From Eledone cirrhosa (taxonomy: Eukaryota), in contig OZ024758.1 of assembly GCA_964016885.1 (NCBI GenBank), positions 23,684,001-23,748,000 on the forward strand: a DNA stretch of 64,000 nt. The letters run 5' to 3'. Positions 1 to 12,797 of this stretch are shown in pieces. Under the pieces are notes generated by a model. The model had not been told where the DNA came from, ran no database searches, and saw nothing but the letters and a program-made list of their open reading frames with translations. The position numbers and the translations under genes were made by a program. The first letter of the stretch is position 1, and the number at the start of each line of letters is the position of its first letter.

Positions 1-735
1 TGCTTTCCAGCATAGTTACGTCCCTTTACGATCTGAGTTCAAATCCCGCCGAGGTTAACTTTGCCTTTCATCCTTACGGGGATCGATAAAATCAAGTACC
101 AGTAATGCGCACTGGGTAACTGCTGGCCTTGTGCCAAACCAAAAGTAGAAACAATTATATTTTGATTGGCAGTATCGGTAGAGGGTCAGACACCATGCTT
201 TCCAGCATAGTTACGTCCCTTTACGATCTGAGTTCAAATCCCGCCGAGGTTAACTTTGCCTTTCATCCTTACGGGGATCGATAAAATCAAGTACCAGTAA
301 TGCGCACTGGGTAACTGCTGGCCTTGTGCCAAACCAAAAGTAGAAACAATTATATTTTGATTGGCAGTATCGGTAGAGGGTCAGACACCATGCTTTCCAG
401 CATAGTTACGTCCCTTTACGATCTGAGTTCAAATCCCGCCGAGGTTAACTTTGCCTTTCATCCTTACGGGGATCGATAAAATCAAGTACCAGTAATGCGC
501 ACTGGGTAACTGCTGGCCTTGTGCCAAACCAAAAGTAGAAACAATTATATTTTGATTGGCAGTATCGGTAGAGGGTCGGACGCCATGCTTTCCAGCATAG
601 TTACGTCCCTTTACGATCTGAGTTCAAATCCCGCCGAGGTTGACTTTGCCTTTCATCCTTACGGGGTCGATAAAATAAAGTACCAGTAATGCACTGGGTA
701 ATTGCTGGCCTTGTGCCAAAAGTAGAAACAATTAT
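1..735 (+). mobile_element. Tandem array of tRNA-derived SINE (family 1), 195-bp period, about 3.8 units
   Basis: TGCTTTCCAGCATAG recurs at 1, 196, 391 and 586. A-box-like TGGCAGTATCGG, B-box GAGTTCAAATCC, Nin/Deu-like core GCCTTTCATCCTTACGGGGTCGATAAAATAAAGTACCAG. Confidence 0.9.
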
Positions 736-1040
736 TTTTAACAACATTTAGTAAACGTACAAGTTAGAATAGAAGCATTTAACAGAAGAATTTAAGCAAC
801 TAACTACAACCAAAGAAATGTGCATACACTCGCTGTGATTACTCGATATCTGGTTATTGTATAAATATCAACTCACTTATTTGTCCTTATCGGTAGAATG
901 TTCTAAAACAAAGCAGCCATCCAAGGATTTAGGGGATTGATAACTCATCAGAACTATTTTTAACCCGTTGACGTACACTCAACTGAAACAGAAGCCAATT
1001 TTTACAAATGATTTCCAACAGTTTATTTAGATATTCTTAG

Positions 1041-1091
1041 ATCTGTCGGATCTGTTGGTTATCTTACACGACCTATACGGTATAATAACAG
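1041..1091 (+). CDS. Possible small coding exon (LSDLLVILHDLYGIIT)
   Basis: TTCTTAG acceptor, 51-nt open phase 1-1 frame, weak AG|GTATAT donor. Joins in frame to 2039-2084. Confidence 0.25.
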
Positions 1092-1102
1092 GTATATAAA
1101 AT

Positions 1103-1478
1103 ATAATTGTTTCTACTTTAGGCACAAGGCCAGCAATTACCCAGTGCATTACTGGTACTTTATTTTATCGACCCCCGTAAGGATGAAAGGCAAAGTCAAC
1201 CTCGGCGGGATTTGAACTCAAACCGTAAAGGGACGTAACTATGCTGGAAAGCATGGCGTCCGACCCTCTACCGATACTGCCAATCAAAATATAATTGTTT
1301 CTACTTTTGGTTTGGCACAAGGCCAGCAGTTACCCAGTGCGCATTACTGGTACTTGATTTTATCGATCCCCGTAAGGATGAAAGGCAAAGTTAACCTCGG
1401 CGGGATTTGAACTCAGAATGGCAAGGGTCGTAACTCTATGCGTCAAAGCATGGCGTCCGACCCTCTACCGATACTGTC
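1103..1478 (-). mobile_element. Two SINE family 1 copies, inverted relative to the 1-735 array
   Basis: Reverse complement of the SINE, including the same inter-unit junction as the array. Confidence 0.9.
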
Positions 1479-1496
1479 ATTATAATGTTATTTCGA

Positions 1497-1680
1497 CGGA
1501 TTGGCAGTATCGGTAGAGGGTCGGACGCCATGCGTTCCAGCATAGTTACGTCCCTTTACGATCTGAGTTCAAATCCCGCCGAGGTTGACTTTGACTTTCA
1601 TCCTTACGAGGTCGATAAAATAAAGTACCAGTAATGCACTGGGTAATTGCTGGCCTTGTGCCTAAAGTAGAAACAGTTAT
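1497..1680 (+). mobile_element. SINE family 1
   Basis: Full A box, B box, core and AGTAGAAACA tail. Confidence 0.9.
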
Positions 1681-1816
1681 TTCGACAACTAGGAATTGTT
1701 TATAAAAGGAAGAAAAAAAATGATTTTATTAACATAATCGTGATCTGTAACTTCTTTGCATAATTTTATCGAAAACATGCATTAATAAGCTTTTGAGGAA
1801 ACAGTCACAGAAGATA

Positions 1817-1998
1817 TTGGCAGTATCGGTAGAGGGTCAGACGTCATGCTTTGCAGCATAGTTACGTCCCTTTACGATCTGAGTTCAAATCCCGCCGAGG
1901 TTGACTTTGCCTTTCAACCTTACGGGGTCGATAAAATAAAGTACCAGTAATGCACTGGGATAATTGTTAGCCTTGTGCCAAAAGTAGAAACAATTATT
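1817..1998 (+). mobile_element. SINE family 1
   Basis: Same consensus. Confidence 0.9.
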
Positions 1999-2038
1999 TC
2001 ACATTGACTATCCCCTCTGGTCTTATGTAATTCTGCAG

Positions 2039-2084
2039 ACATCTACAGCATGTTGTCACATAGATTAGCTTCTCAGAGTTGCAG
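2039..2084 (+). CDS. Possible small coding exon (IYSMLSHRLASQSC)
   Basis: TTCTGCAG acceptor, CAG|GTAAAA donor, open frame. Confidence 0.3.
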
Positions 2085-2270
2085 GTAAAATATTCTTTTA
2101 CTATCAAGTTTTGGCCATCTTTATATCTTCCAATAGTATATATTAAACCTGTCAACTCTCCCCGTCCGACGAGATCTCCCACCCACTTTGGGGTGAGTGA
2201 AAGATGTCTTCTTTTATGTAAAAGGGTATAGCTTTCATTGTGTAAAATCTACCCATTTTGCATCATTTCT

Positions 2271-2405
2271 CCCCGTTTTGGGGCACTTTTTTTCATGGTA
2301 CTTCCGGTTTGGGGCACTTTTTTTCATGGTAATCCCGGTTTGGGGCACTTTTTTTCATGGTACTCCCGGTTTGGGGCACTTTTTTTCATGGTACTCCCGG
2401 TTTGG
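2271..2405. repeat. Minisatellite of about 31-32 bp, 4 copies
   Basis: CCGGTTTGGGGCACTTTTTTTCATGGTACT repeated. Confidence 0.9.
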
Positions 2406-3014
2406 GTTTTTAGAGGTTGGCAGGTCTGTACACCACACAGGCGCCAGAACATCCCTCTAATAATTTTTTAGATAAGGTCTAATGTATGGAGATGGAGATG
2501 GAACCTGCAGATGGTCGGGGTCCTAGATTTGTTAAGTCAGTTAAACACGAGAGTAATCGATAGAAGATGCCACCTTCTATTGTATCTGTATATACTCCCA
2601 ATGGATTAGAATTAAATTATTTAGTACCTGTTATGTGTTAGGGTATGAAAGCTAAAGCATAAGCCATAATAATGGTTTCTGATTTAGGCTCAAGGCCAAC
2701 AATTTTTTGGGAGGGGAAGTTCCTTAAATCGACCCCAGTGCATTACTGGTACTTTATTTTATCGACCCCCGTAAGGATGAAAGTTCTGATGATTTCTTAC
2801 GAATGAAAGACTACTAGTTCTGTAGAAGTTATTTCTATAATAAAAATAAATATACTTACACTCTAACGCACTGAGTAGCTTTACCTCTCCTCCTCCTCCT
2901 CCCTCCTCCCGCCGCCTCCCTCCTCCCTCCTCCCGCCTCCCTCCTCCCTCCTCCCGCCTCCCTCCTCCTCCATCCTCCCCCCTCCTCCCTCCTTCCCGTT
3001 TGACCTGTGCGTAA

Positions 3015-3428
3015 TTCTTTTCTTTCGCACGCTTGGCCAGGCCGGTCGGCATTTTTTCTCTCTCTCGTCTACGATTTCACAGAACTTATGTTTACCGAAT
3101 TCACAGACAAGACCCCTTCTTCCCCCCGTTAGACCTGTGCGAAATTCCTTCCTTGCTCACATTCCAACCAGGTTTGATGGTCTTTATTCTCTCTCGTTCA
3201 CGATTTCACCGAACTTATATTCATGGAAATTTTTGGACTTGACTCGCTCTTCCTCATTTTTCGTTGCTTCACCATCTTTGTTTGTTTACACTCTCGCTGT
3301 TCCCTTTATTTACATGTCCCAACGACTTTCTTTAGCCGTTGCTCGCACCAACCGGAGGTATATGGTCTTTAAAGCGAAGAAATACCGATGATGGTTGGAA
3401 GATCACTGATGAAGGACCACTTTATTCA
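3015..3428 (+). repeat. Dispersed repeat, with an inverted homologue at 9645-9970
   Basis: 9685-9968 is the reverse complement of most of this segment. Confidence 0.8.
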
Positions 3429-3500
3429 TATATATATATATGACGGCGATGAATTAGTTTTGCGAGGTTTTTGATATGAAATCGTGTGTCGAAACAAATA

Positions 3501-3973
3501 TTGTTATACTTGGGGAGGGTCATATTGTTGTAATAATATTGCCAGAAATAATAACAGAACACACTCACTGTTTGGTTGGTTTTCGCTTCTGTATCTTTTA
3601 TATCTCCACAGTTAATTCATTTGGTCCTCAATGTTTATCATTGACTGACCAGCGGTCAAAAATACAGATATAAACACATATATATAGTCTAACAAACTTC
3701 TTTCGTTGCACATCTGCAACATCATCAGTAGTACCACTGATGATGTTGCAGATGTGCAACGAAAGAACTTTGTTAGACTATATATATGTGTTTATATCTA
3801 TATTATATCTGTATTTTTGACCGTTGGTCAGTCAATGATAAACATTGAGGACCAAATGAATTAACTGTGGAGATATAAAAGATACAGAAGCGAAAACCAA
3901 CCAAACAGTGAGTGTGTTCTGTTATTATTTCTGGCAATATTATTACAACAATATGACCCTCCCCAAGTATAAC

Positions 3974-3975
<2 letters not shown>
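3501..3975. mobile_element. Fold-back palindrome (arms of about 230 bp) carrying an HHR; Penelope-like terminal remnant (family A)
   Basis: Arms 3501-3729 and 3736-3975. The terminus TTGTTATACTT(T/G)GGGAGGGTCAT is shared with 30108 and 52830. Confidence 0.8.
3732..3775 (+). ncRNA. Type I hammerhead ribozyme motif (mirror copy on - strand)
   Basis: CTGATGA-T-GTTGCA(GATG)TGCAAC-GAAA-GAAC-TT. Stem I is imperfect. Confidence 0.65.
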
Positions 3976-4010
<35 letters not shown>

Positions 4011-4218
4011 ACAGACACACAGACACACAGACACACACACACATACACACACATACAGACACACACACACACATACAGACACATACACACACACATACAG
4101 ACACACACACACACACATATAACATATATTCATTTATTGATTGACTTTTTATTTACTGTAAAATAGTAATCTGGCTAATGATTTCATTTAATTAATCTCT
4201 CGAGAGATATGAGAATGA

Positions 4219-4250
<32 letters not shown>

Positions 4251-4275
4251 TCTGGCACTGACAGACTGAGGCACT

Positions 4276-4342
<67 letters not shown>

Positions 4343-5175
4343 TTGTATATATATATATATAAAATTAAATGTCCGTTCTTATATCGATAGAGCTTCTCTC
4401 TTCTCCGTCGCCCACCTATTCTTGAGAGGGTTGTGGCGTCAGTCCTATAAAGCTATATTAAATTAAATTTCCTTGACGAGGACTTCTTTTATCAATATAA
4501 ACACACTTCACCCAGACAAACATTTTTTTTTGCTGAATCTCTCCAATTAAGTTAGTTGCCAACTGAATACATTAGTCTATTGAAATCATTTCTTTCCGAT
4601 GTACTTCAACAAACTCATTTGGACTGCTCTTCTGTTCATTGTTGCCTACACTATACTTATAATTTCTTCAATTGTTATTTGAATGACGGCTGAGGTATCC
4701 GAATCAGCGTTAATCGTTAATCTAGTCATATAAGTCTTCTTTCTGTAAAGGTTTTTTTGCCGCCAGACAAACCAGTTGTACAATCGATTGAATTTGAAAT
4801 CATCACGTTCTTATTACACGCATGAACATTTTCAAATTCTTTTAAATAAACTAAATGTGCAAATTCATCGATGAAAACTTTCATACGCAAATACGATACG
4901 GAATAAGAATACCTCGGTATTTAATCCGGCTAGCTGCGTCCTGAGTTCAAATCTCGCCGAGATCTACTTTGCCTTTCATCCTTTCAAAGTTGATAAATAA
5001 AGTTCCAGTCCAGTACAGGACTGAGATTGGTTCTTCCTCTTCTCTATTTCTCTGGAAGAAGTCGACTTTGTTCCGAATTGGAAAGGGATGGGATTCGTTA
5101 GATTTAAAATGTTGAAGACACGCCACGGTTTTTTGGACGATGCTTCTATGATTCCCTCAAGAATTAAGAACCGTT

Positions 5176-5539
5176 TAACCCTTCATCATTTAAACCCGCC
5201 ATATCTGGCCAGAATCCTCTTTTTGTTCAAACCGGCTGTAACTGACCAATTATACTGATGTATACTATAAAATAGTTTATAAAAGAGTGAAGACCCTAAA
5301 CCCTTTAGCATTTAAACCGGCCAGAATTCTCTCACCTCTTTGTTCAAACTGGCCGTAACTGGCCACTCGTACTGATAAGGTATTGTTCTCAAAATAAATA
5401 ACATAAAAATCTCATAGATTCGATATTATGTGAGATAAAGCCTTTACCATGAAAATACAATAGTATATATATAGAGTAATATAAATGGTAAAGCGTTAAC
5501 TTAAGTTTGAACAGCTGGTTACGGTTGGTAAGGGGTTAA
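5176..5539. mobile_element. piggyBac-like MITE cluster
   Basis: TTAACCCTT...AAGGGGTTAA ends. Homologous to 14299-14525. Confidence 0.55.
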
Positions 5540-5913
5540 GACAATAAGGTTTGAGTTGGATGAAATTGGCTGTCATTTCTAATAAGATACACGGTATACT
5601 GTTCTAACATCTAGGATGGAGCTGTTGCTACACATACATACATCATAGATCATGACCCCAAAAGCCACTCAAATGATTGGCATGGAGTCTTTCAGCAATA
5701 CATCTTAACCTTTGGTCCACAGGAGTTATGTCTCTTCTGCTTTTTCTACCATTCTCTCGTCTCTTCTCTCGTCATACATACCCTGTCTATTCTGAAGCCC
5801 CGCACGAAACCCTATACTCTGCTCTTTCCCCCTAGAATGCTAAATCTTCTTCGTTTCCCCTACCCCCACCCCATCTATGTTTTAACAGCATTTTTTAACT
5901 TGCATTATTTGCT

Positions 5914-6275
5914 TTGACACATAGAGTTACGGCCCTTGCCATTTTGAGTTCAAATCCCGCCGAGGTTAACTTTGCCTTTCATCCTTACGGGGTCGATAAA
6001 ATAAAGTACCAGTAATACACTGGGATAATTGCTGGCCTTGTGCCAAAAGTAGAAACAATTATTTGTTCAAACAAGGGCGGTGGATTGGCAGTATCAGTAG
6101 GGTCGGACGCCATGCTTTGCAGCATAGAGTTGCGGTCCTTTATGATCTGAATTCAAATTCCGCCGAGGTTAACTTTACCGTTCATCCTTACGGGGTCGAT
6201 AAAATAAAGCACCAGTAATACACTGGGGGTCGAAATTGCTGGCCTTGTGCCTTTAGTAGAAATCATTGTTTGTTC
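5914..6275 (+). mobile_element. Two SINE family 1 copies
   Basis: Consensus match. Confidence 0.85.
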
Positions 6276-7137
6276 AAACAAAATCACTTCACAAAAGCCA
6301 TATATACACACAAACACATATACAAACGCACATATGTACATACATAGGTACATACATGCATACATCCATACCTGGCTAAATGCATGGGCACACGCACGCA
6401 CACACACACACACACACAGGCACACACACACACACACATGTACTCATTATTTTGATAAATGGAGAAAAATGGCAGCCATATTGGCTACGATGAATCATAG
6501 CATTTTATTTATCAAAGGAAGCTTTCATAGCATGGATTTAACACAATACAGTTGTGCACTCATGTAACGTTGTAACGTTACATACGAGAGCAGAACGGTT
6601 CTTAACGAGATCTAACATCATGTCCTTTTGAATGTCATCTTAAACAAAGTAGAGAAAGTGAAATATGATAGAAACTGTTGAAGGTAGGAGGGTGGGGGGA
6701 CACAGAGATAGATAAATGTTGAGTAGCTTGTGTGTGTGTTTGTGTGTGTTTGAGCATGTTTGTTTGTGTGTGTTTATTTATGTGTGTGTTTGTGTGTTTG
6801 TGTGAGTGTTTGTCACTACGTATGTATGTGTGTATTTGTATGTTTCTGTGTCTGTGTATGCGCATGTGTGTGTCTGTGTGTTTGTATGTACGTATGTATG
6901 TATGTGTGTATGTGTATGTATTGATGAAAGGAAGAAGAAAAGAGAAATATAAAAGATGAAAGAAAGGTATGTTTTATCTCCGACCAGCCGACATCCCACT
7001 ATTTCATGTTAGTACGTCACTAAATATTGATCAACACTGACTTGGACATTATTATTGTAGAGTACCAGTAATACACTAGTATAATTGTTTCTACTTTTGG
7101 CACAAGCCAAAAGTAGAAACAATTATTATAGATTGGC

Positions 7138-7296
7138 GGTGGATTGGCAGTATCGGCAGAGGGTCGGACGCCATGTTATGGTGGTGGATTGGCAGTGTAG
7201 GCAGAGGGTCGGACGCCATGTTAGGGTGGTGGATTAGCAGTGTAGGCAGAGGGTCGGACGCCATGTTAGGGTGGTGGATTGGCAGTATCGGCAGAG
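7138..7296 (+). repeat. 45-bp tandem of the SINE head (A-box region), about 3.5 copies
   Basis: GGATT(G/A)GCAG at 7141, 7186, 7231 and 7276. Confidence 0.85.
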
Positions 7297-7425
7297 CATT
7301 AGTTATTCCAAGTGCTGGCTCTTTTAGTTTTTGAAATCATGGTTGGGGCACTATGTAGATTAGAATTGGCTTCCTTTAGCCAATTTGTTTTGTATTCCCC
7401 TCTCAAAGTGTCATTTGGGCTTAAA

Positions 7426-7476
<51 letters not shown>

Positions 7477-7580
7477 TATTTTCCCAAAATGGCTGACACA
7501 CCTGCTTTTTCTCCAGTATTTTTCCGTTCCTTTCTCTTCTCACTCACTATCTTTCTATTTCATATTTTATTTTTCATTCT

Positions 7581-7618
7581 ATCTTCTGATGAAAGACTAG
7601 TACCCGAAACGTAAAGAT
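7581..7618 (+). ncRNA. Minimal type I hammerhead ribozyme motif
   Basis: ATCTT-CTGATGA-AAGACTAGTACCC-GAAA-CG-TA-AAGAT. Perfect 5-bp stem I, palindromic ACGT stem III, decayed stem II. Confidence 0.75.
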
Positions 7619-8024
7619 TCTTTTCCTACTATATCTAACGTTAAACTAATATAATTCTTCATTGTATTGTGTTGTTTGCTTTTGTTGTTTCCGTTTACCT
7701 TTTGCATCCACACACACACACAGACGATTGCAAGGACAAATAATCAATAGCACAGAAGAGATTAATGATATTATTAAGGTGAGGTCGACACCCTGTTACT
7801 CAGGAGTTTTCCTGAATGTTTGCAATCAAATCTGCCTGATGGCCTTGTCAAATATATAATTTATTTTATTATAATGAGACACACACACGCACACGCACAT
7901 ATATATATGTAAATATATGCTAGTATATATAGGAACGATCGACTTTCGTCAAATCGGACCGAGGGAACAATGTTTCCGTTGGTCTTTCCAATTGCTAATA
8001 CTATCTATCGGTCGCAACTCCAGG

Positions 8025-8152
8025 TAGAAGGAGCAACGTGAAATAAAGTGTCTTGCTCAAGGACATAACGCATCGCCTGGTCCAGGAATCGAACTCACAA
8101 CCTTACGATTGCGAATCCAATTCTCTAACCACTCAGCCACACGCCTTCACGC
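8025..8152 (-). mobile_element. tRNA-derived SINE family 2 (other copies 14614-14895 +, 48520-48805 +, 53059-53175 -)
   Basis: On - strand: GTGGCTGAGTGGTTAGAG...GAGTTCGATTCC...TGTCCTTGAGCAAGACACTTTATTTCACGTTGCTCC. Confidence 0.85.
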
Positions 8153-8193
8153 CCCAGCATGGCCTCAGCCGGTTGGCTGAAACAGGTAAAAGA

Positions 8194-8325
<132 letters not shown>

Positions 8326-9019
8326 GTGAGAATGTATGTTTTAGTGTGTGTGTGTGTGTGTGTGTGTACATGCGTGTTACTATGTATTTCAGTCCATTTT
8401 CTATTTCATGTCTCTCTCTCCCCCGCTCTAGCCACTAAACCAAGAGTTGAAATCAATGCATGCAAGATTTCACAGCCCTAGCATCAATCCTCCATAGTCA
8501 GCCTATTATAAACTTATCAACCCGGCCCTCGTACTTGGCAGGATTTGAACTCAGAATATAAAGAGCCAGAAGAAATACCGCCATGACATATTATCCGACG
8601 CTCTACCGATTCTGCCATCTGCCAATCCTGCTACTGTCACAGTGAGACATTTTGCATGCTGTTATTATTTGATGTAAGGCAGCAGGCATTTCTAAAAACG
8701 TCAGCTCTGGTATTCTATACAGACGTCTCCACCTTAACTCCAACTCCACTCCACCCTACCACTCCGCCAATTCCCCTGACACACAATATCATGTTATAAA
8801 AGCATGCAGCAGAGGAAGATCAACGAATATGTTGTTATTGGTTTCGTGACTGATTTGTATCCCCCCCCCCCCCCCCACACTCCATCCCATCCTTCCGCCT
8901 ACACACTCATGCACGCACGCACACGCACGAACGCACGCGTGCGCGTGTGTCATATATGTGTTTGTTTGGTAATAGAGACTGAATAAACACTTGGCAAAAT
9001 GTATGCACTTACACATACA

Positions 9020-10299
9020 TAGCTATATATATAGTTATATGCATAGTTATATACATAGCTATATATATAGTTATATATATATAGTTATATATATATAGTT
9101 ATATATATATAGTTATATATATAGCTATATATATAGTTATATACATAGTTATATACATACCTATATATATAGTTATATACATAGCTATATATATAGTTAT
9201 ATACATAGCTATATATATAGTTATATACATAGCTATATATATAGTTATATACATAGCTATATATATAGTTATATACATAGTTATATAATATACCTATATA
9301 TATACCTATATATATAGTTATATATATAGTAATATAGTTATATATATATAGTTATATATATATAGTTATATATATATAGTAATATAGTTATATATAGTTA
9401 TATATATATAGAGGTGGATTGGCAGTATCGGTAGAGGGTCGGACGCCATGCTTTCCAGCATAGTTACGTCCCTTTACGATCTGAGTTCAAATCTCGCCGA
9501 GGTTGACTTTGCCTTTCATCCTTACGGGGTCGATAAAATAAAGTACCAGTAATGCACTGGGTAATTGCTGGCCTTGTGCCTAAAGTAGAAACAGTTATAT
9601 ATATATAGTTATATATAGTTATATATAGCTATAGTTATATATATGAGAATAAACGTGCTGCGTGGTTGCAAATGGGTTACATATAAATAAAGTGGTCCTT
9701 CATCAGTGATCTTCCAACCATCACAGGTATTTCTTCGCTTTAAATACTATATACCTCCGGTTGGTGCGAGCAACGGCTAAAAAAAGTCGTTGGGACACGT
9801 AAATAAAGGGGACAGCGAGAGTGTAAACAAACAAAGATGGTGAAGCAACGAAAAGTGAGGAAGAACGAGTCAAGTCCCAAATTTCCATGAATATAAGTTC
9901 GGTGAAATCGTGAACGAGAGAAAGAAAAAAAGGCGAACCAGTCTGACCAAGCGTGCGAAAGAAAAGAAGTTATATATATATATAGCTATATATATATAGC
10001 TATATATATATATAGCTATATATATATAGCTATATATATATATATATAGCTATATATATATATATATATATAGCTATATATATATATAGCTATATATATA
10101 TAGCTATATATATATATATATATATAGCTATATATATATATATATATATAGCTATATATATATATATATATAGCTATATATATATATATATAGCTATATA
10201 TATATATATAGCTATATATATATATATATATATAGCTATATATATATATATATAGCTATATATATATAGCTATATATATATATATATATATATATATAG

Positions 10300-10341
<42 letters not shown>

Positions 10342-10371
10342 CTATATATATATATATATATATATATATAG

Positions 10372-10407
<36 letters not shown>

Positions 10408-10437
10408 CTATATATATATATATATATATATATATAG

Positions 10438-10493
<56 letters not shown>

Positions 10494-10553
10494 CTATATA
10501 TATATATATATATATATATATAGCTATATATATATATATATATATATATATAG

Positions 10554-10589
<36 letters not shown>

Positions 10590-11095
10590 CTATATATATA
10601 TAGCTATATATATATATATATAGCTATATATATATATATATATATAGCTATATATATATATATATATATAGCTATATATATATATATATATATAGCTATA
10701 TATATATATATATATATAGCTATATATATATATATATATATAGCTATATATATATATATATATATATAGCTATATATATATATATATAGCTATATATATA
10801 TATATATATAGCTATATATATATATATAGCTATATATATATATATATAGCTATATATATATATATATAGCTATATATATATATATATAGCTATATATATA
10901 TATATATAGCTATATATATATATATATAGCTATATATATATATATATAGCTATATATATATATATATAGCTATATATATATATATATAGCTATATATATA
11001 TATATATAGCTATATATATATATATATATAGCTATATATATATATATATATAGCTATATATATATATATATATATATATAGCTATATATATATAG
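9020..11095. repeat. (TA)n tract punctuated by GC/GT, containing a SINE (9411-9597) and a dispersed repeat (9645-9970)
   Basis: Direct reading. Confidence 0.95.
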
Positions 11096-11668
11096 TTATG
11101 TATATACATGTATGCATAGTTACACATACTTGCACATTCACATACACCTACACACATTTATACACACACACACGGTATCACACACCTACACATTTACACA
11201 CACACACACACCACACATTTACACACACACGTCTTTACACACACACACACACAGGCCTTTACACTCACACACACACACGCCTTTACACACTCACACACGC
11301 CTTTACACACTCACACACGCCTTTACACACTCACACACGCCTTTACACTCATACACGCCATTACACACACACACACACACACACGCCTTACACTCACACA
11401 CGCTATTACACTCACACACGCCATTACACACACACACACACACACACACCTTTACACTCACACACGCCTTTACACTCACACACCTTTACACTCACACACG
11501 TCTTTACACACACAGAGCTAGACATATATTCACATTTACCCATACCTAAACACACGTATATTTCTATCTCTCTAACTATTGGTGACATACAGACAATGTC
11601 ATGTTGTACAACCAACAACTGTTTCACTAACAGAAACTAACATACCAGTAATGTTTCTTTAATTTTAA

Positions 11669-11817
11669 TTAATCTTGATAATTAAAGTAAATTGCATTAA
11701 AATCTGTGTCCAACGTTATTCCAACAAAGGAATGACTCTTCTCTTCATCTTGATAGAGTTCAGACTTGACATTCTCGTTGAATTGCAACGAAGCAACCAA
11801 GTATAAAAGTCTGAGGC
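11669..11817 (-). CDS. Possible terminal coding exon (LRLLYLVASLQFNENVKSELYQDEEKSHSFVGITLDTDFNAIYFNYQD*)
   Basis: Non-repetitive open frame preceded on - strand by a TTTTCTATAG acceptor. No homologue recognised. Confidence 0.3.
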
Positions 11818-11920
11818 TATAGAAAATTATATACAATAAATAAACAATTATACGGAGAACACAGTTAAGCTTCGGAATCGGTTTGGTGTTTAAGTTAATG
11901 ATATATACAGCTTTTGACAT

Positions 11921-12490
11921 TACGAGTGTCGGCTGAAAAGTTTAGGATAGGCCGACAACGAAGGAGTGATGTTAGAGCTATGAAATCTTGCATACATTAA
12001 TTTCAACTCTTCTTATTATTAACTGCATTGTTTCTTTCCAGGGACTATGTTGAAAAATAAGCCTCATTTGGTCATTCCATGAGAGTATCTTGGTCATAGG
12101 CCGACTACGAAGGAGTGATGCTAGGGCTGTGAAATCTTGCATACATTAATTTCAACTCTTCTTATTAGTCCCTGGAAAGAAACAATGCAGTTAATAATAA
12201 GAAGAGTTGAAATTAATGTATGCAAGATTTCACAGCCCTAGCATCACTCCTTCGTAGTCGGCCTATGACCAAGATACTCTCATGGAATGACCAAATGAGG
12301 TTTATTCTTCAACATAGTCCCTGGAAAGAAACAATGCAGTTAATATGTTGAAAAATAAACCTCATTTGGTCATTCCATGAGAATATCTCGGTCATAGGCC
12401 GACTCCGAAGGAGTGATGCTAGGGCTGTGAAATCTTGCATACATTAATTTCAACTCTTCTTATTAATAACTGCATTGTTTCTTTCCAGAG
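11921..12490. mobile_element. Mariner-like MITE with 149-bp internal units in direct and inverted orientation (related pieces 8445-8505, 20265-20296, 22866-23145)
   Basis: TACGAG(T/G)GTCGGCTGAAAAGTT terminus typical of mariner TIRs. Inverted block at about 12167-12345. Confidence 0.65.
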
Positions 12491-12587
12491 ACTCCTCAAG
12501 TGCTGTATAGAATCGTGTTCCTCTGTGGTTTGGGGCAGTACTGAGGAGAGTGTGTTTCTGTTTTTCAAAAATGAGGTATTGCGGGAT

Positions 12588-12780
12588 AATAATTGTTTCT
12601 ACTTATGGCACAAGGCCAGCAATTACCCAGTGCATTACTGGTACTTTATTTTATCGACCCCGTAAGGATGAAAAGCAAAGTTAACCTCGGCGGGATTTGA
12701 ACTCAGATCATAAAGGGAAGTAACTCTATGCTTCAAATCATGGCGTCCGACCCTCTACCGATACTGCCAATCCACCACCT
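12588..12780 (-). mobile_element. SINE family 1
   Basis: Consensus match. Confidence 0.9.
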
Positions 12781-12797
12781 TATTGCGGGATAATAAA

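Noticed and set aside
165-245. SINE heads as tRNA genes
   Set aside because: A and B boxes are present but there is no cloverleaf, and a SINE core and tail follow.
3406-3500. CTGATGA at 3406 and a hairpin-GAAAC at 3442-3495 as an HHR
   Set aside because: The halves are separated by (TA)n, the homologue near 9700 lacks GAAA, and no stem I is present.
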